Below, in pieces: positions 40,871 through 54,150 of a DNA stretch of 64,000 bases (its first letter is position 1; each line of letters opens with the position of its first letter). The notes under the pieces are model-generated. The model was not told the DNA's origin and ran no database searches. It saw only the letters and a list, made by a program, of their open reading frames with translations. This DNA comes from Macrostomum lignano. Taxonomy: Eukaryota. The stretch is taken from positions 399,693 through 463,692 of the forward strand of contig NIVC01000181.1 of the NCBI GenBank assembly GCA_002269645.1. The letters are read 5' to 3'. Made by a program: the position numbers and the translations under genes.

Positions 40871-41507
40871 GAGTAATATTGGAATCATAGGACAGTATCT
40901 CATTTTTTAAATGTCTCACAATCCTAACAGAGCTAAAAAATCTGTGAGACTTTGGATATTATTTACTTCATCAGTCCAGATAGATTTATAGTTAATTCTG
41001 AAACAAGAGTTAATCATCAGACTGGGCTTTATAAAGCTTGAAGAATTCCTTATGACGCATGACATCGATCGGTGTGTCATTCTGGAGTAAAATGCCTGAA
41101 CCGCACAGAAGAGCAGCAATACAGCTACTCGCTGAATCCTGTCCTAAATCTGGCTTAGGGATTATTACCTCTGCCTCTAGGGACTGTTTAAACTGTGAAC
41201 AGCGACCAAGAGACAAATCGGCCGCAATGAATTGCATACACCTGGACTGAGAAACTCTCGAGTCTTACCTGTTTGACTGACAGCTGTCGTCAAGCAAACG
41301 AAAGCCGCATCATTTCTTGTAGGAAAACAAGCATGTCACTGCTCTGTTCTGTTTACATGAAAGCAGAAAAGTTAAACAGCGTCGCTCCTCCGACCGGAAA
41401 CACGTGCCAATCCGATGTGCATAAATTCGTAACTGCCAACTGCTCAAGAATTCAACTTCAAACTCGACTCAATCTACACACAGCTCGAAGACTCGACTCA
41501 AACAATC

Positions 41508-41726
41508 ATGAAGTGGCAGATCGCTCTCGGACTTCTGCTGTGCGCAGCCCTGGCCGTCGCCGAGCCCTCACGAGAGGAGAAGGCTGAGGCCATGGCCGTT
41601 CTGGAGGCTCTGTCCAACGTTGACGAGTCCAGCATGTCGGAGGAGGCCGTGGACACCGCTAAGAAGTGGCTCAGAGTTAGGGCCAGGGTTAGGGTCGGAT
41701 CCAGGAGGAGGTCTAGGTCCGGTTAG
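41508..41726 (+). CDS. Secreted prepropeptide copy 5 (72 aa, type II; tail KK-WLRVRARVRVGSRRRSRS-G)
   Basis: Near-identical to copy 2 in CDS and 3' flank, with a different upstream promoter region. Confidence 0.9.
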   Translation: MKWQIALGLLLCAALAVAEPSREEKAEAMAVLEALSNVDESSMSEEAVDTAKKWLRVRARVRVGSRRRSRSG

Positions 41727-44474
41727 ATGCGCCTTGCGCTGTATCTGAGACCGACTTCATTTGGCTAGCACTGGCAGCTCAGCTGATTTGACTCTGAACT
41801 CTGACTCGTGGTCACAAAGTTTGAAACCCACCCAGCTCCTATTCACTGATAAAGTTTACCAAATATAACTACAGTAAAAGCTGAAGTGCTTCGCAAAAGT
41901 ACCTGCATTGACTTTTCGATCTTTTTTAACTTTTTCAAGGCGCAACTAGTAATTAAATGCACGTGAACTGCTGTTGGATACGAATTGCAGGGAATTTTAT
42001 GCGTGCTAAATTAAAGCATGGACTTCTAAAGTGTCCACCAAAGCATTAGGTGGATCGAAAAATGAAAAGAATGCTTTTCTGAGGAAATAGGAAAATCTGA
42101 CAAACTCTGAGTCTGATTGGGTCTAAATTGAGCATATGGATTTGTATGAAATTGTAAGGGCCTTTACTAAATAGCTCGTATTGATTATTGAACTTTTCGC
42201 TTGATTTTTTCCCTCATCTGGAGATTCTACGCTTCTAATCATACAATTTTACCCAATGAAACGATATAAAAATGGTAGTCTTGCTACTACTGGTAGAGTC
42301 TCCAGGCATATCCAGGCAAAAGTCATATTTTGAGACGCGATTGAGGACCACTTTTCCAAGCCTTTGAGGTAATTCATTGGATTTTCAAAATTGAATAAAT
42401 AATTGACTCAAACTGTCTAAATATTAGGAGCCTGTAATAGCACGCTAATGTACCCACTCTACCGTTTCCTAATTCTACCAAACTTTTCTTGTTTGTTTGC
42501 AAAAATACACTCCTTCATCGAACTGAGCAGTGTTTGGTGGTGCTCAGTTGACTATAATACATAATTGGGACAAATTCCAGCAATTGAAGGAAGATGGTCC
42601 TGCTATACTGCTGGAAAAGGCTTTTCATATTTATCTACGAGACGCGGCTCGCCTTTAGTGATAAACAAGAGGGAGTAAAAGGAACAGAAATTGAGAGAGA
42701 TGAAGAGGGAGAGAAGAAAAAAGTGAGATGGGAATAATGAGAGGAATGTGCGAGAAATCGATGGGGACAGAGTCAGATTATTATCGAAAAGAAGAGTCAG
42801 AGTGAGAGTGACTGAAGATATGTGGAGAGGAGAGACGGAGAGCGGACAGGAGTGAAACTATATTCGTGTGTGACTTCCTATAAAACAAGGATAAAAGGTG
42901 TTTGCAGCAGCATAGTTGAGATCCTCACACTTTCCTTGTCTGACATTCAACAATATATTTGCGCTTGCACAAATCTATCTGATTTTATCATGGAAGCATT
43001 GAAAATGGATGTTCGGAACGGGCCTGATTTTCGTATTCCACCCCAAACCCGGAATTATCCTTGAAAACTTAAACTTTATAAGTGAGGATTCGAAGACATG
43101 CTCAAGAAGTTATTGTAGGTAACAGTTTTAATTTTAATGACATTGGTAAGTTGCAGGAGGCTTGTAGGGTCCCTGGCGTAATGCCTTTGGGACACTGCCT
43201 CACAACCAGCGCTGAGGCGATTCTGTCCATCCCGCAGACTCCTGAGCACGCAAGGCGCCAATACTGTACGCAGGCACGCACTCATGCACACGCTCACCAG
43301 GGTGTACAAAACGGTCCTGGATTTCCAATCCTCATGCATGTGCACTACCTGTGCTTTGGGGGTTGGCCGACGTCATGAGGGTGTTTCGCACATCCATCCA
43401 CCCAGCACATCCATGAGCCTAATTATCAGAAAATTTAACGGTCTAAGTGAAGTACACTTTAGTAACAACAAACTTATGCTGTCGCACATACTGCTAATAA
43501 ATAAACGCGAATTGGCCTGTTGCTTTCCAATATCAATGGGGTAAAGTTCTGTTCTTCGCCGATTATTTTATGTACTTAAAGACACTTTCTCAAAGACGAT
43601 TTGAGAGACATTCTCAGAAAAAAGTACTGTGTTTATACGCGCGTAATTAAGAATATGCAGACTCAGCGTTTTACCTTATAAAGCTATAAAATTTATTCAT
43701 TTTTTATGCCCGTATACTCAGTAATAACAACTTCATAATTTTCAGCATGATTTTCACAAGGAACGCTAGAAATTAGCGTTGTATCAGGACTTAGCACTCG
43801 CGTTCAATGCAAACTTAGTCGAAGGCCCGTGTTGTGAACTTTGCAGTTAGACTTTAATATAAGTACCTTTTTCCTTACTACAATATTAATATATTTAAAA
43901 TTAAATCTTGAATATTAAATCTTATTAAACACATATCTTTAAGTCTAAAGTTTAACTGCACTAATCTTTCGGATCTGTTGCATGTAGAGACATTTTTCAC
44001 TAATTTGTTGACAATTTTGTTTATCATTCTTATAAAGCACAAATTAACTCGCTCGCGTTCGAAAGACTTTGGAGTCTTTGAATTTATTAGTGCATAATTT
44101 TAAGGATCGCATTAATAATAAGCCAAAATATGCCGAAAGCTGATCAGTGCTTTAATTCGCACTTTATTCAATAAACAAACTTTGAAATAGCAACTTATCA
44201 AAAAAAAGTTGTCTAAAATGAATATCTTGCACCACTATATGTTCTAATTTATCGCTTTTGAGTTGCGTCGCAGAAATAAAATAATTTCAACCTAACGAAG
44301 CATTGCTGAGTGCTTAAACTTATTGTGCTTGCTGTTTATATTTGGTAAAACTGATCAGCAAAGAGAGCTGTGTAAATTTCACCCTCAACACTAAACAACA
44401 ATGTGGTCAAGAGTCAGAGTTCAGAATCCGGTCAGTCATTTTCTATATGAAGCGACATGCAGCGGAGAGCTCAT

Positions 44475-44663
44475 CTAACCGAAATGAATATGGATGAACT
44501 TCTTCTTCAGCTTCGGGCTCTGCTCCTGCGACAGGCTGGATTCGTCCAGGTTGGACAGAGTCTCCTCCAGCACACGTTCGGCCTGGGCCTTCTCTTCTTG
44601 GGTGGGCATGGCGACGGCCATGGCTGCGAACAGCAAAAGTCCGAGAGCGAGTTGCCACTTCAT
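44475..44663 (-). CDS. Secreted prepropeptide copy 6 (62 aa; tail KLKKK-FIHIHF-G)
   Basis: Conserved MKWQ ATG at 44663; lies in the palindrome spacer. Confidence 0.9.
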   Translation of the reverse strand: MKWQLALGLLLFAAMAVAMPTQEEKAQAERVLEETLSNLDESSLSQEQSPKLKKKFIHIHFG

Positions 44664-45854
44664 GATTGCTTGAGTCGAGTCGAGTCTTCGAGCTGTGTAG
44701 ATTGAGTCGAATGTGAGATTGTTGTGTTGAGCAGTCGGGAGTTCCGAATTTATGCACATCAGATTGGCACGTGTTTCCGTTCCGAGGAGAAACGTTTGAC
44801 TTGTCTGCATTCACGAGAGCAGAGTCTGAGTGACATCTCTTTATTTGATGACAGCTGTCAGTCAACTAGTTACATCAAAAGAGCATTTTCAGTGTAATTG
44901 CATTCAGCTCACTGCAGTGTATTTGACCTTAGTTATTTTCGAAGTTACATTTGATGAAGCCTCTATTGGTTGAAGTACGCTCGTGTCTGTTGACCTACGA
45001 GCTACCCTTGAATTACTGTCAAGGTCTTTCTAAATATTTTAAAAAGCACGTCAAATAAAGAACAAATCGATTTAGACGTGATTTGCTCTACGTCTAATCA
45101 CTAATTAACCAGTGGGGCTCCTGGATCATGAGACCGGTAGAGATGGAGAAAGTGAGAAAAGTAGGCTGAGGATGAAGAGAAATGATTGAGATGAAGAGAG
45201 AGGCCTGTAGTGATAGAGGAAGACGGATTAATAGTTGATAGTAGAGGAAAGGAGACACTCGGGTGTATATCAAAAAACGTTAAAAGTATTTTAACAGCTG
45301 GTTACGATCCATGATGTACTATACGGAAGTTATTATACTGAGTCTCTTGATAAAAGTTTCTTAAATAAGTGTATATTGTTACACTCCCTCTCATCGGATA
45401 AGTTCAAAACTCAATAGTTCAGTCGTCTGCTCGTAAACTGTCTGTAAAGTTTCAGCAACACCTAATACTGCTATGCCGTACTAGAAGGGCACGGCTTGAG
45501 AGTGCAATAATGTCTAGACTACGAGAGCGCGTTAGTGTAAAGTTAATATTTAACAGCAGAAAAAAGTCGACCATATACATCCAGACCGTCCGTTCCGTTC
45601 CGTTCCGTCGATAATGGCCACTTAATGGCCACTCAATCAAATACTTAAATTGTCTATGGCTAAATTTGATGCTCCTCCCCATACCCAGTCTTTTCACGTC
45701 CAGTAAAATTAAGTTGAAATGAATTCCGGCAGTTATTAACTCCATAAAAGATAAAGTACGCTTTTCCAGACACTATTTTTAGTGCTCATATCGAGCGTGA
45801 TCATATCTCATATCAGGACAGGGCCATAGACAAAAATAACAATAATTAAAGCCG

Positions 45855-46935
<1,081 letters not shown>

Positions 46936-47519
46936 GTAGACTTTATATTTAAAATGGCGGGCACTATGAGAGTTGTATCATACTCTATCGCACAATAAAA
47001 GTGGTTTAAAATATATATGCCATAGCCTTGAGGTCAGTATGAGTTTAAATCCCGAGATCCTTCTTTTCAGCTCTTGTTTAACAGCCCAAGTTAGCAATTA
47101 AAAAATTGAGCAAAACCACGAAGCTTACGTAGGAAAAAATAGAAGCAATTTAGGCAGCGAGGTATGTTCAAAGCAAAGAGTATCAAGCTAACAATTTGCA
47201 CGGAACTCTGAGTATTTTTGGCAAACATTGTCCATGACAAGTACAGTAAAGAAACTTAGCAAAATAAGACGCTGTTAGAAATGAAAACAAAACGCAACGC
47301 GCATGCAAGAGCAGAAGACAAATTAGTTTTGCGTAACCAGTTGGCGCTAAAAATTCGAAATAGAATCGTCGAGTACGATCGAGAGCTACCCGGAATCCAT
47401 AGCTTGACGGACTTCTTCATTGCAGTCATGATGGCTCAATGATGTCCTTGTTCTCTGGAGTCAGCGCATTTAGCCACAGCGTTGTGTCTTTAAGCTGAGC
47501 TCCCACAACGAGTACTCGT

Positions 47520-47741
47520 CGGCCTAGGCGAAAAATATCCGAGCGTATCTTCAGCATGGAAGTGTTCCTGACAAATTCTTGCCACTTTCGTGACTTTCAC
47601 TTCTCCTCGAAGTTTGATTTAGATTTTTTTCGCTAGCAATTTTGCTAGCAAACGTTGCCTCCATGAAAGAAAAGCAAAGAAAAAAGCTGCCGGCGTGCTT
47701 GACGAGTTGCAGCAGCCTTCGACTGCACATTTTACTGGCAT
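47520..47741 (-). pseudogene. THAP-domain relic (probably from a DNA transposon) with an in-frame stop
   Basis: MPVKCAVEGCCNSSSTPAAFFFAF..(TAA at 47619-21)..ARICQEHF in one frame gives the THAP C2CH pattern. Confidence 0.6.
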
Positions 47742-48409
47742 CTTGTCATGATTAGATCTTGTCCTGCCGTATAGCAGTAGTGTAACTAAATTTAGTTGTT
47801 TATGAACGTGCACAAATAATTTTAGTCAAAATTTAGCTTCGGACATAGCTATGGTTTCGTTTTATGGTTAAAAAGTAGGGACCCGTGGATTGGCTCTCTC
47901 TGCTAGCTCGGTAATCTTTGGCTTCTACTTATCGCCCCAATGACTTTAGATCATAGATTAGTTTTTGGGCACAAATACGAGTACGAGGTAAAAAGAGATA
48001 AAAAGCCAACTTTTGAGTTGAAGCACTGATAAATCAGAAATCAACCCTTAGAAATCCTAAGAAGAATGAAGAATGAGGAATCATTCAGTGATTGATTACA
48101 GATGTTATTGAATCGATCGACGCTGATACCTAAACATCTATTATGCGTAAATTCTTTCCTCTATCAGTCGGCCGCCAACAGGATTTCGACTTGGAAAAGA
48201 AATCTAAAAGTTCAACAAAACCTTTTTTGCGCTTAGTGGTTTGACAGTGCGTTTATGTATTTATGTGGTAAAACTGATCCGCGAACAAGCTTCGAATATT
48301 TCACCGAAACGCTTAATATTGTGCTGTCGTAGTCAGAGTTCAAAGTCCGGTCAGCTTGTGAGTCGTCAGTGCCAGTTAGCCTTAAACTTCAGTGTCGCGA
48401 CAGACATAT

Positions 48410-48604
48410 CTAACCGATGTGGACCCTAACCCTGAAGATCTTCTTCTTCAGATCCATGGCCTTCTCCTCCGACACGTTGGGCTCGTCCAGGTTGGACAGA
48501 GTCTCCTCCAGCACACGTTCGGCCATGGCCTTCTCCTCCTGGCTGGGCACGGCGACGGCCAGGGCTGCGCACAGCAAAAGTCCGAGAGCGATCTGCCACT
48601 TCAT
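48410..48604 (-). CDS. Secreted prepropeptide copy 7 (64 aa; MKWQIAL; tail DLKKK-IFRVRVHI-G), chimeric
   Basis: The 5' region mirrors copy 5; the body and 3' flank match copies 3 and 9. Confidence 0.9.
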   Translation of the reverse strand: MKWQIALGLLLCAALAVAVPSQEEKAMAERVLEETLSNLDEPNVSEEKAMDLKKKIFRVRVHIG

Positions 48605-49229
48605 GATTGTTTGAGTCGAGTCTTCGAGCTGTGTGTAGATTGAGTCGAGTTTGAAGTTGAATTCTTGAGCAGTTGGAAGTTGCTCATTTATGCGCATCGG
48701 ATTGGCACGTGTTTCCGGTCGGAGGAGCGACGCTGTTTAACTTTTCTGCTTTCATGTAAACAGAACAGAGCAGTGAAATGCTTGTTTTCCTACAAGAAAT
48801 GATGCGGCTTTCGTTTGCTTGACGACAGCTGTCAGTCAAACAGGTAAGACTCGAGAGTTTCTCAGTCCAGGTGTATGCAATTCATTGCGGCCGATTTGTC
48901 TCTTGGTCGCTGTTCACAGTTTAAACAGTTCCTAGAGGCAGAGGTAATAATCCCTAAGCCAGATTTAGGACAGGATTCAGCGAGTAGCTGTATTGCTGCT
49001 CTTCTGTGCGGTTCAGGCATTTTACTCCAGAATGACACACCGATCGATGTCATGCGTCATAAGGAATTCTTCAAGCTTTATAAAGCCCAGTCTGATGATT
49101 AACTCTTGTTTCAGAATTAACCATAAATCTATCTGGACTGATGAAGTAAATAATATCCAAAGTCTCACAGATTTTTTAGCTCTGCTAGGATTGTCAGACA
49201 TTAAAAAATGAGATACTGTCCTATGATTC

Positions 49230-50157
49230 CAATATTACTCGACTTTACTTGACTGCAGGATGGTCTGTAGGCACAGCGGGGAGGCGAGGGTCGCCCATTC
49301 CGCTAGCCCCCGAAGGCCACAGACAGGCAGAGGCGTGGGGCCGGTCAGGGTGGTCCGCTTCTCGCCGTCTTGGCGAGGGTGCCTGTCAACTCTTTTCCTG
49401 GAAACGCTTGCGTGCCCTTGGATCCACTTCAGCCTGACAGTAGTGCTGCTGGCCAGAAGGTTGAGCTGCCGGTTGCAGTCAGCGACTGTCTGGTATTTCA
49501 TTGTGGTGTGGTAAAGGGCCTGTAAGGCTGCTTGGCTGTCAAAGTGAACCTACCAGTGTGCTGGACATGCGTGGCAATGACGCGGCCGTTGATGATGATG
49601 CAGACCCCAAAGCCGCCGTAGCCGTCTTTGATGGAATTCGTCCGTGTAACAAAGGACCTCCTGGAAATTCCAGCGGACAGTGGCGGACAGAGGTGATGGT
49701 GACTTTGTAGCGCTGAAACTGTTTTAGAGTTCGAGGTTCACCAGCAGATCAAACGTGGAGCCCGCCACCGTCTCTCAAGTCTTTGAGGTAGAGGTCGGCG
49801 TGAGGCAGGAGCTTGCGCTTAGCCATGGCTCGATGGGACAGGAAACAAATGCCAGCGCTAATCAAACGGCGGCAGTCTTGGCGGCTTCCCTGCCAACAAA
49901 GATGTTCAGTAGGGAATGTTAAGGAAAGCGTTGAGGCAATCATAAGGAGTAGACGCGTACTCCTGAGAGTCTCAAGGCAGATCTTCATCAGCAGGGCGCT
50001 AGCCCAGATCAGGCCGCCATACGAGATAGCAGGCCTAACCATTGCAGTGCAGATCCACCAGAGACGTTTTGGAGTGAGCCCCCAGGTGGTGCCGACGGCC
50101 CTGTGCAGCCGCGCGAGGACTGCGAGGGCGCTCTTGGATTTGTCTGAACGTGGGCCC
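49230..50157 (-). mobile_element. Mirror copy of the LINE relic (39955-40870)
   Basis: Reverse complement of the left-arm LINE segment. Confidence 0.8.
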
Positions 50158-51900
50158 AGTCTCTTGCAGCTGACTTGTAATTGTTTGCGCAGAATAGATA
50201 GATGTTTAAAATGACCACTCGTACTTCACTAGTGGAATGTGTCATATAGCAGTCATCAAATAGGCATTGGTGATAGCCTCAGAGAAGGATTAAAATTTGC
50301 AAATTCAAACTTATGGATTTATTAATTTTGGCCAAGGTGCCCTGCATTACAATGCGTGTGCCTGACTGTTCAGGCACAGAGCTCAGAAGATAGGGTCAAG
50401 GAGCAACTCCACACTTGAATAATATACATATAAGATCCAGTAGAATAAAACAGTCTTTAATAGACTTGTTTGAGTTGCTTTCCTGCCAAGGTTTTTTTGC
50501 GTCTAAATGAAGCTGTAGACTGTCATACGATCGGAGATTGACCCACTTGCTACTTGACCAGGATGCGGGACAGGGGAGGCGATGGGCGATTCAGCAAGCA
50601 CAGAGCCGCCTGCTCATTCTCTCGGGACGAGGCAACACTTTTCATGGCCTTGCTTTGGATCCCTTCAGCCTCAGTAGTGCTGCTGGCCAGAAGGGTTGAG
50701 CTGCCTGCAGTCAGCGACTGTCTGGTATTTCATTGTGGTGTGGTAAAGGGCCTGTAAGGCTGCTTGGCTGTCAAAGTGAACCTACCAGTGTGCTGGACAT
50801 GCGTGGCAATGACGCGGCCGTTGATGATGATGCAGACCCCAAAGCCGCCGTAGCCGTCTTTGATGGAATTCGTCCGTGTAACAAAGGACCTCCTGGAAAT
50901 TCCAGCGGACAGTGGCGGACAGAGGTGATGGTGACTTTGTAGCGCTGAAACTGTTTTAGAGTTCGAGGTTCACCAGCAGATCAAACGTGGAGCCCGCCAC
51001 CGTCTCTCAAGTCTTTGAGGTAGAGGTCGGCGTGAGGCAGGAGCTTGCGCTTAGCCATGGCTCGATGGGACAGGAAACAAATGCCAGCGCTAATCAAACG
51101 GCGGGCAGTCTTGGCGGCTTCCCTGCCAACAAAGATGTTCAGTAGGGGAATGTTAAGGAAAGCGTTGAGGCAATCATAAGGAGTAGACGCGTACTCCTGA
51201 GAGTCTCAAGGCAGATCTTCATCAGCAGGGCGCTAGCCCAGATCAGGCCGCCGTACGAGATAGCAGGCCTAACCATTGCAGTGCAGATCCACCAGAGACG
51301 TTTTGGAGTGAGCCCCCAGGTGGTGCCGACGGCCCTGTGCAGCCGCGCGAGGACTGCGAGGGCGCTCTTGGATTTGTCTGAACGTGGGCCCAGTCTCTTG
51401 CAGCTGACTTGTAATTGTTTGCGCAGAATAGATAGATGTTTAAAATGACCACTCGTACTTCACTAGTGGAATGTGTCATATAGCAGTCATCAAATAGGCA
51501 TTGGTGATAGCCTCAGAGAAGGATTAAAATTTGCAAATTCAAACTTATGGATTTATTAATTTTGGCCAAGGTGCCCTGCATTACAATGCGTGTGCCTGAC
51601 TGTTCAGGCACAGAGCTCAGAAGATAGGGTCAAGGAGCAACTCCACACTTGAATAATATACATATAAGATCCAGTAGAATAAAACAGTCTTTAATAGACT
51701 TGTTTGTTTTCCTGAAGCTTTTTTTTCTAATGACAGCTCGTAAGACGTTGTCAATACGTATCGGAGATTGACCCACTGCATGCTACTTTTGTACCTAGTT
51801 GATGCGGGACTCAGGGTCTGATCGGCAGATGGAAAGCAGATATCAGCAAGCAGCAGAGCCAACCTGCTCATTCTCTCCGGGACAGAGGCAAACACGTTTT
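49430..51900. repeat. About 1.23-kb tandem duplication in the right arm (second LINE relic copy at about 50620-51390)
   Basis: Identical ORF pairs are offset by 1232-1234 nt (49501/50733; 50009/51243). Confidence 0.85.
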
Positions 51901-52668
51901 CATGACCTTGCTATTATTTTTGCAGATTTTCTTCCTTTTCTCAGCCTCAGCGATGGCTGAATAATGCGGTTAAAACAGAGACAGAAGTCACATGACAAAT
52001 GCACGCAACCTTCTAATTCATTCTGCGTTCTAAATTTCCTATCAATCCATCTTGAGCCTTTGTAATTTTCAATGAGATTCGACTGGTTTGTGCTGAGGCA
52101 TTTGTGGATGATGCTGAGTACCGATCAGTCTGACCTCCTCCATGGTCAAGCTGATGGAGGTACCGTTGCTTTGGCGCCTTCTTTTCAGTGGATCTGAAAA
52201 ATGACTCCACCAAAAGCACGCTGCACGTCCTGGTTGATAAACTACTAGCATCTCACCAGGTGGATCATGTACATGATCAGCCATCGCACGGCCATAACCA
52301 GCTTGCTGGCAACAATTACAAGTCAGCTGCAAGAGACTGACGGTAAACTCTACTATGCAACTAAAAGTCAAATAGCTTAATCTGAATGGTCTATAGACCA
52401 GTTTCAGAGAGAAAATTCTCAAGAGTTATCTGTTTGACTGACAGCTGTCGTCAAGCAAACAAAAGCTGCATCATTTCTTGTAGGAAAGCAAGACAGTCTC
52501 TGTTCCGCTATTCTCACGTGAAAGAAGACAGGTCAAACAGCGTCGCTCCTCCGACCGGAAACACGTGCCAATCCGATGCGCATAAATTCGGAACTCCCAA
52601 CTGCTCAAGAAGTCAACTTCAAACTCGACTCAATCTACATACAGCTCGAAGACTCGACTCAAGCAATC

Positions 52669-52863
52669 ATGAAGTGGCAACTCGCTCTCGGACTTTTGCT
52701 GTGCGCAGCCCTGGCCGTCGCCGTGCCCAGCCAGGAGGAGAAGGCCATGGCCGAACGTGTGCTGGAGGAGACTCTGTCCAACCTGGACGAGTCCAGCGTG
52801 TCGGAGGAGCAGTTTCCGAAGCTGAAGAAGAAGTTCGTCCGTCTTCGTGTCAGGATTGGTTAG
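52669..52863 (+). CDS. Secreted prepropeptide copy 8 (64 aa; protein identical to copy 4)
   Basis: Conserved ATG at 52669; mirror partner of 38104-38298. Confidence 0.9.
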   Translation: MKWQLALGLLLCAALAVAVPSQEEKAMAERVLEETLSNLDESSVSEEQFPKLKKKFVRLRVRIG

Positions 52864-53479
52864 ATGAGTTCTCAGATACACCTGAGATTGAAGTCCCTTC
52901 ATCTTATATGACTGGCTTGACTCTGAACCCTGACTTGTGACCGGTATTCAGAGTGAAATTTTAAAAGCACTTGTTTACTGATCAGTTCTACCAAATATAA
53001 CAACAATCACAATCCGTTCAAGCACTTAGCGCAACTAAAAGTTAAAAGTCGTCTTGTTGAGCTATTTTAGTTTCAATTTGAAATTCGAAAGTCGCTGTGT
53101 GGAGTACTGGTACCTAAATGCATATAACTCGTAGCTAATGATTGGCTGCTGTAATAGATCATCCGGCCTAAATTCCATTCAGTCAAGGATACGAATTTAA
53201 TAACTAAAAATTCATCATTGAAACTGCTTTGTTTAAATAGATCTTGATGTCCAGATCGATTCTTCACTTGGCAAGATAGAATCAGATTTTGTGGGAGGGA
53301 TAGCGTAGAAGAGTATGGGTAGGTCAGACGCGTATTAAATGAAAAATGAAAGCCTGACATCTTTCTAGTTCATTTTTGCCATTACTGAAACTCTGCCAAG
53401 TACGAGTTATTTTCGGAAGAGATTCCAAGTTTTGTTCGAAAGCTCTGTGTGAATTTGAATTGCAGCTTTCATGGTTATA

Positions 53480-54150
53480 ACTACGAGCGTAGTTTGAATG
53501 TTTTGCGGATAACAAACATAGACGGTATTGATCTATTGCGAGATCGAGAGAACTTAGCGACTAAATCTTGGCCAGGGCTGCCACCTTGTCCAGATTCGGC
53601 CGGTGTCCTTCCCCGGCTGACGATTTTGCCCAGGTACTTCACGCTGGACTGACTTGTCCTTGATGAGATCTGGTCCCGCAACTCGCAGCCGGTGCAGACT
53701 GGCCAGATGCCTTTCGAAGCTTCGACCTGCTGTATGATGTCGTACTCCAGCATGTCGTCGATTTTCTGGTCGACCTGCTTTCGAACCGGCAACGGAATCG
53801 GTCGCTGGCACTGCTCGTAGGGCTGCGTGTGGGGCTGAAACTCGATGAGATGCTTCAGCAATGCGCTGGTGCTGAGGTCGCACTCGTGAGTGCTGAGTCG
53901 CTGAGCGCGAGCACTATTTGCATTGAGTAGTGCCAGTAGTCTTTGTCTGTCGGCCGCCTAAAAGTCAGGGTTGACATCCCCGCACTCGGACTAATTGGCT
54001 GTACCAGTGATGTTTTTAGTCAAATCAGCAGCTTCAAAACAGCCAACTGCCTTGTTTGCGAAGAGTAACACCTCCTCGGAGTCCAAATTGCGCGCTTAGA
54101 CTGGTAGCTTCAGGTCAAACAAAACGGTTAAAACTCTCAAAGCAAGCAAG
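53480..54150 (-). mobile_element. Old Ty3/Gypsy RT relic (partly retained at about 37330-37660 in the left arm)
   Basis: QRPIPLPVRKQVDQKIDDMLEYDIIQQVEAS..VKYLGKIVS resembles the RT N-terminus and C-terminus with an internal deletion. Confidence 0.65.

Noticed and set aside
42650-43380. Purine-rich tracts and short ORFs (also about 31150-31400, 37040-37270, 45130-45260)
   Set aside because: Probably very old retroelement debris, but I could not read a diagnostic motif, so they are not annotated.
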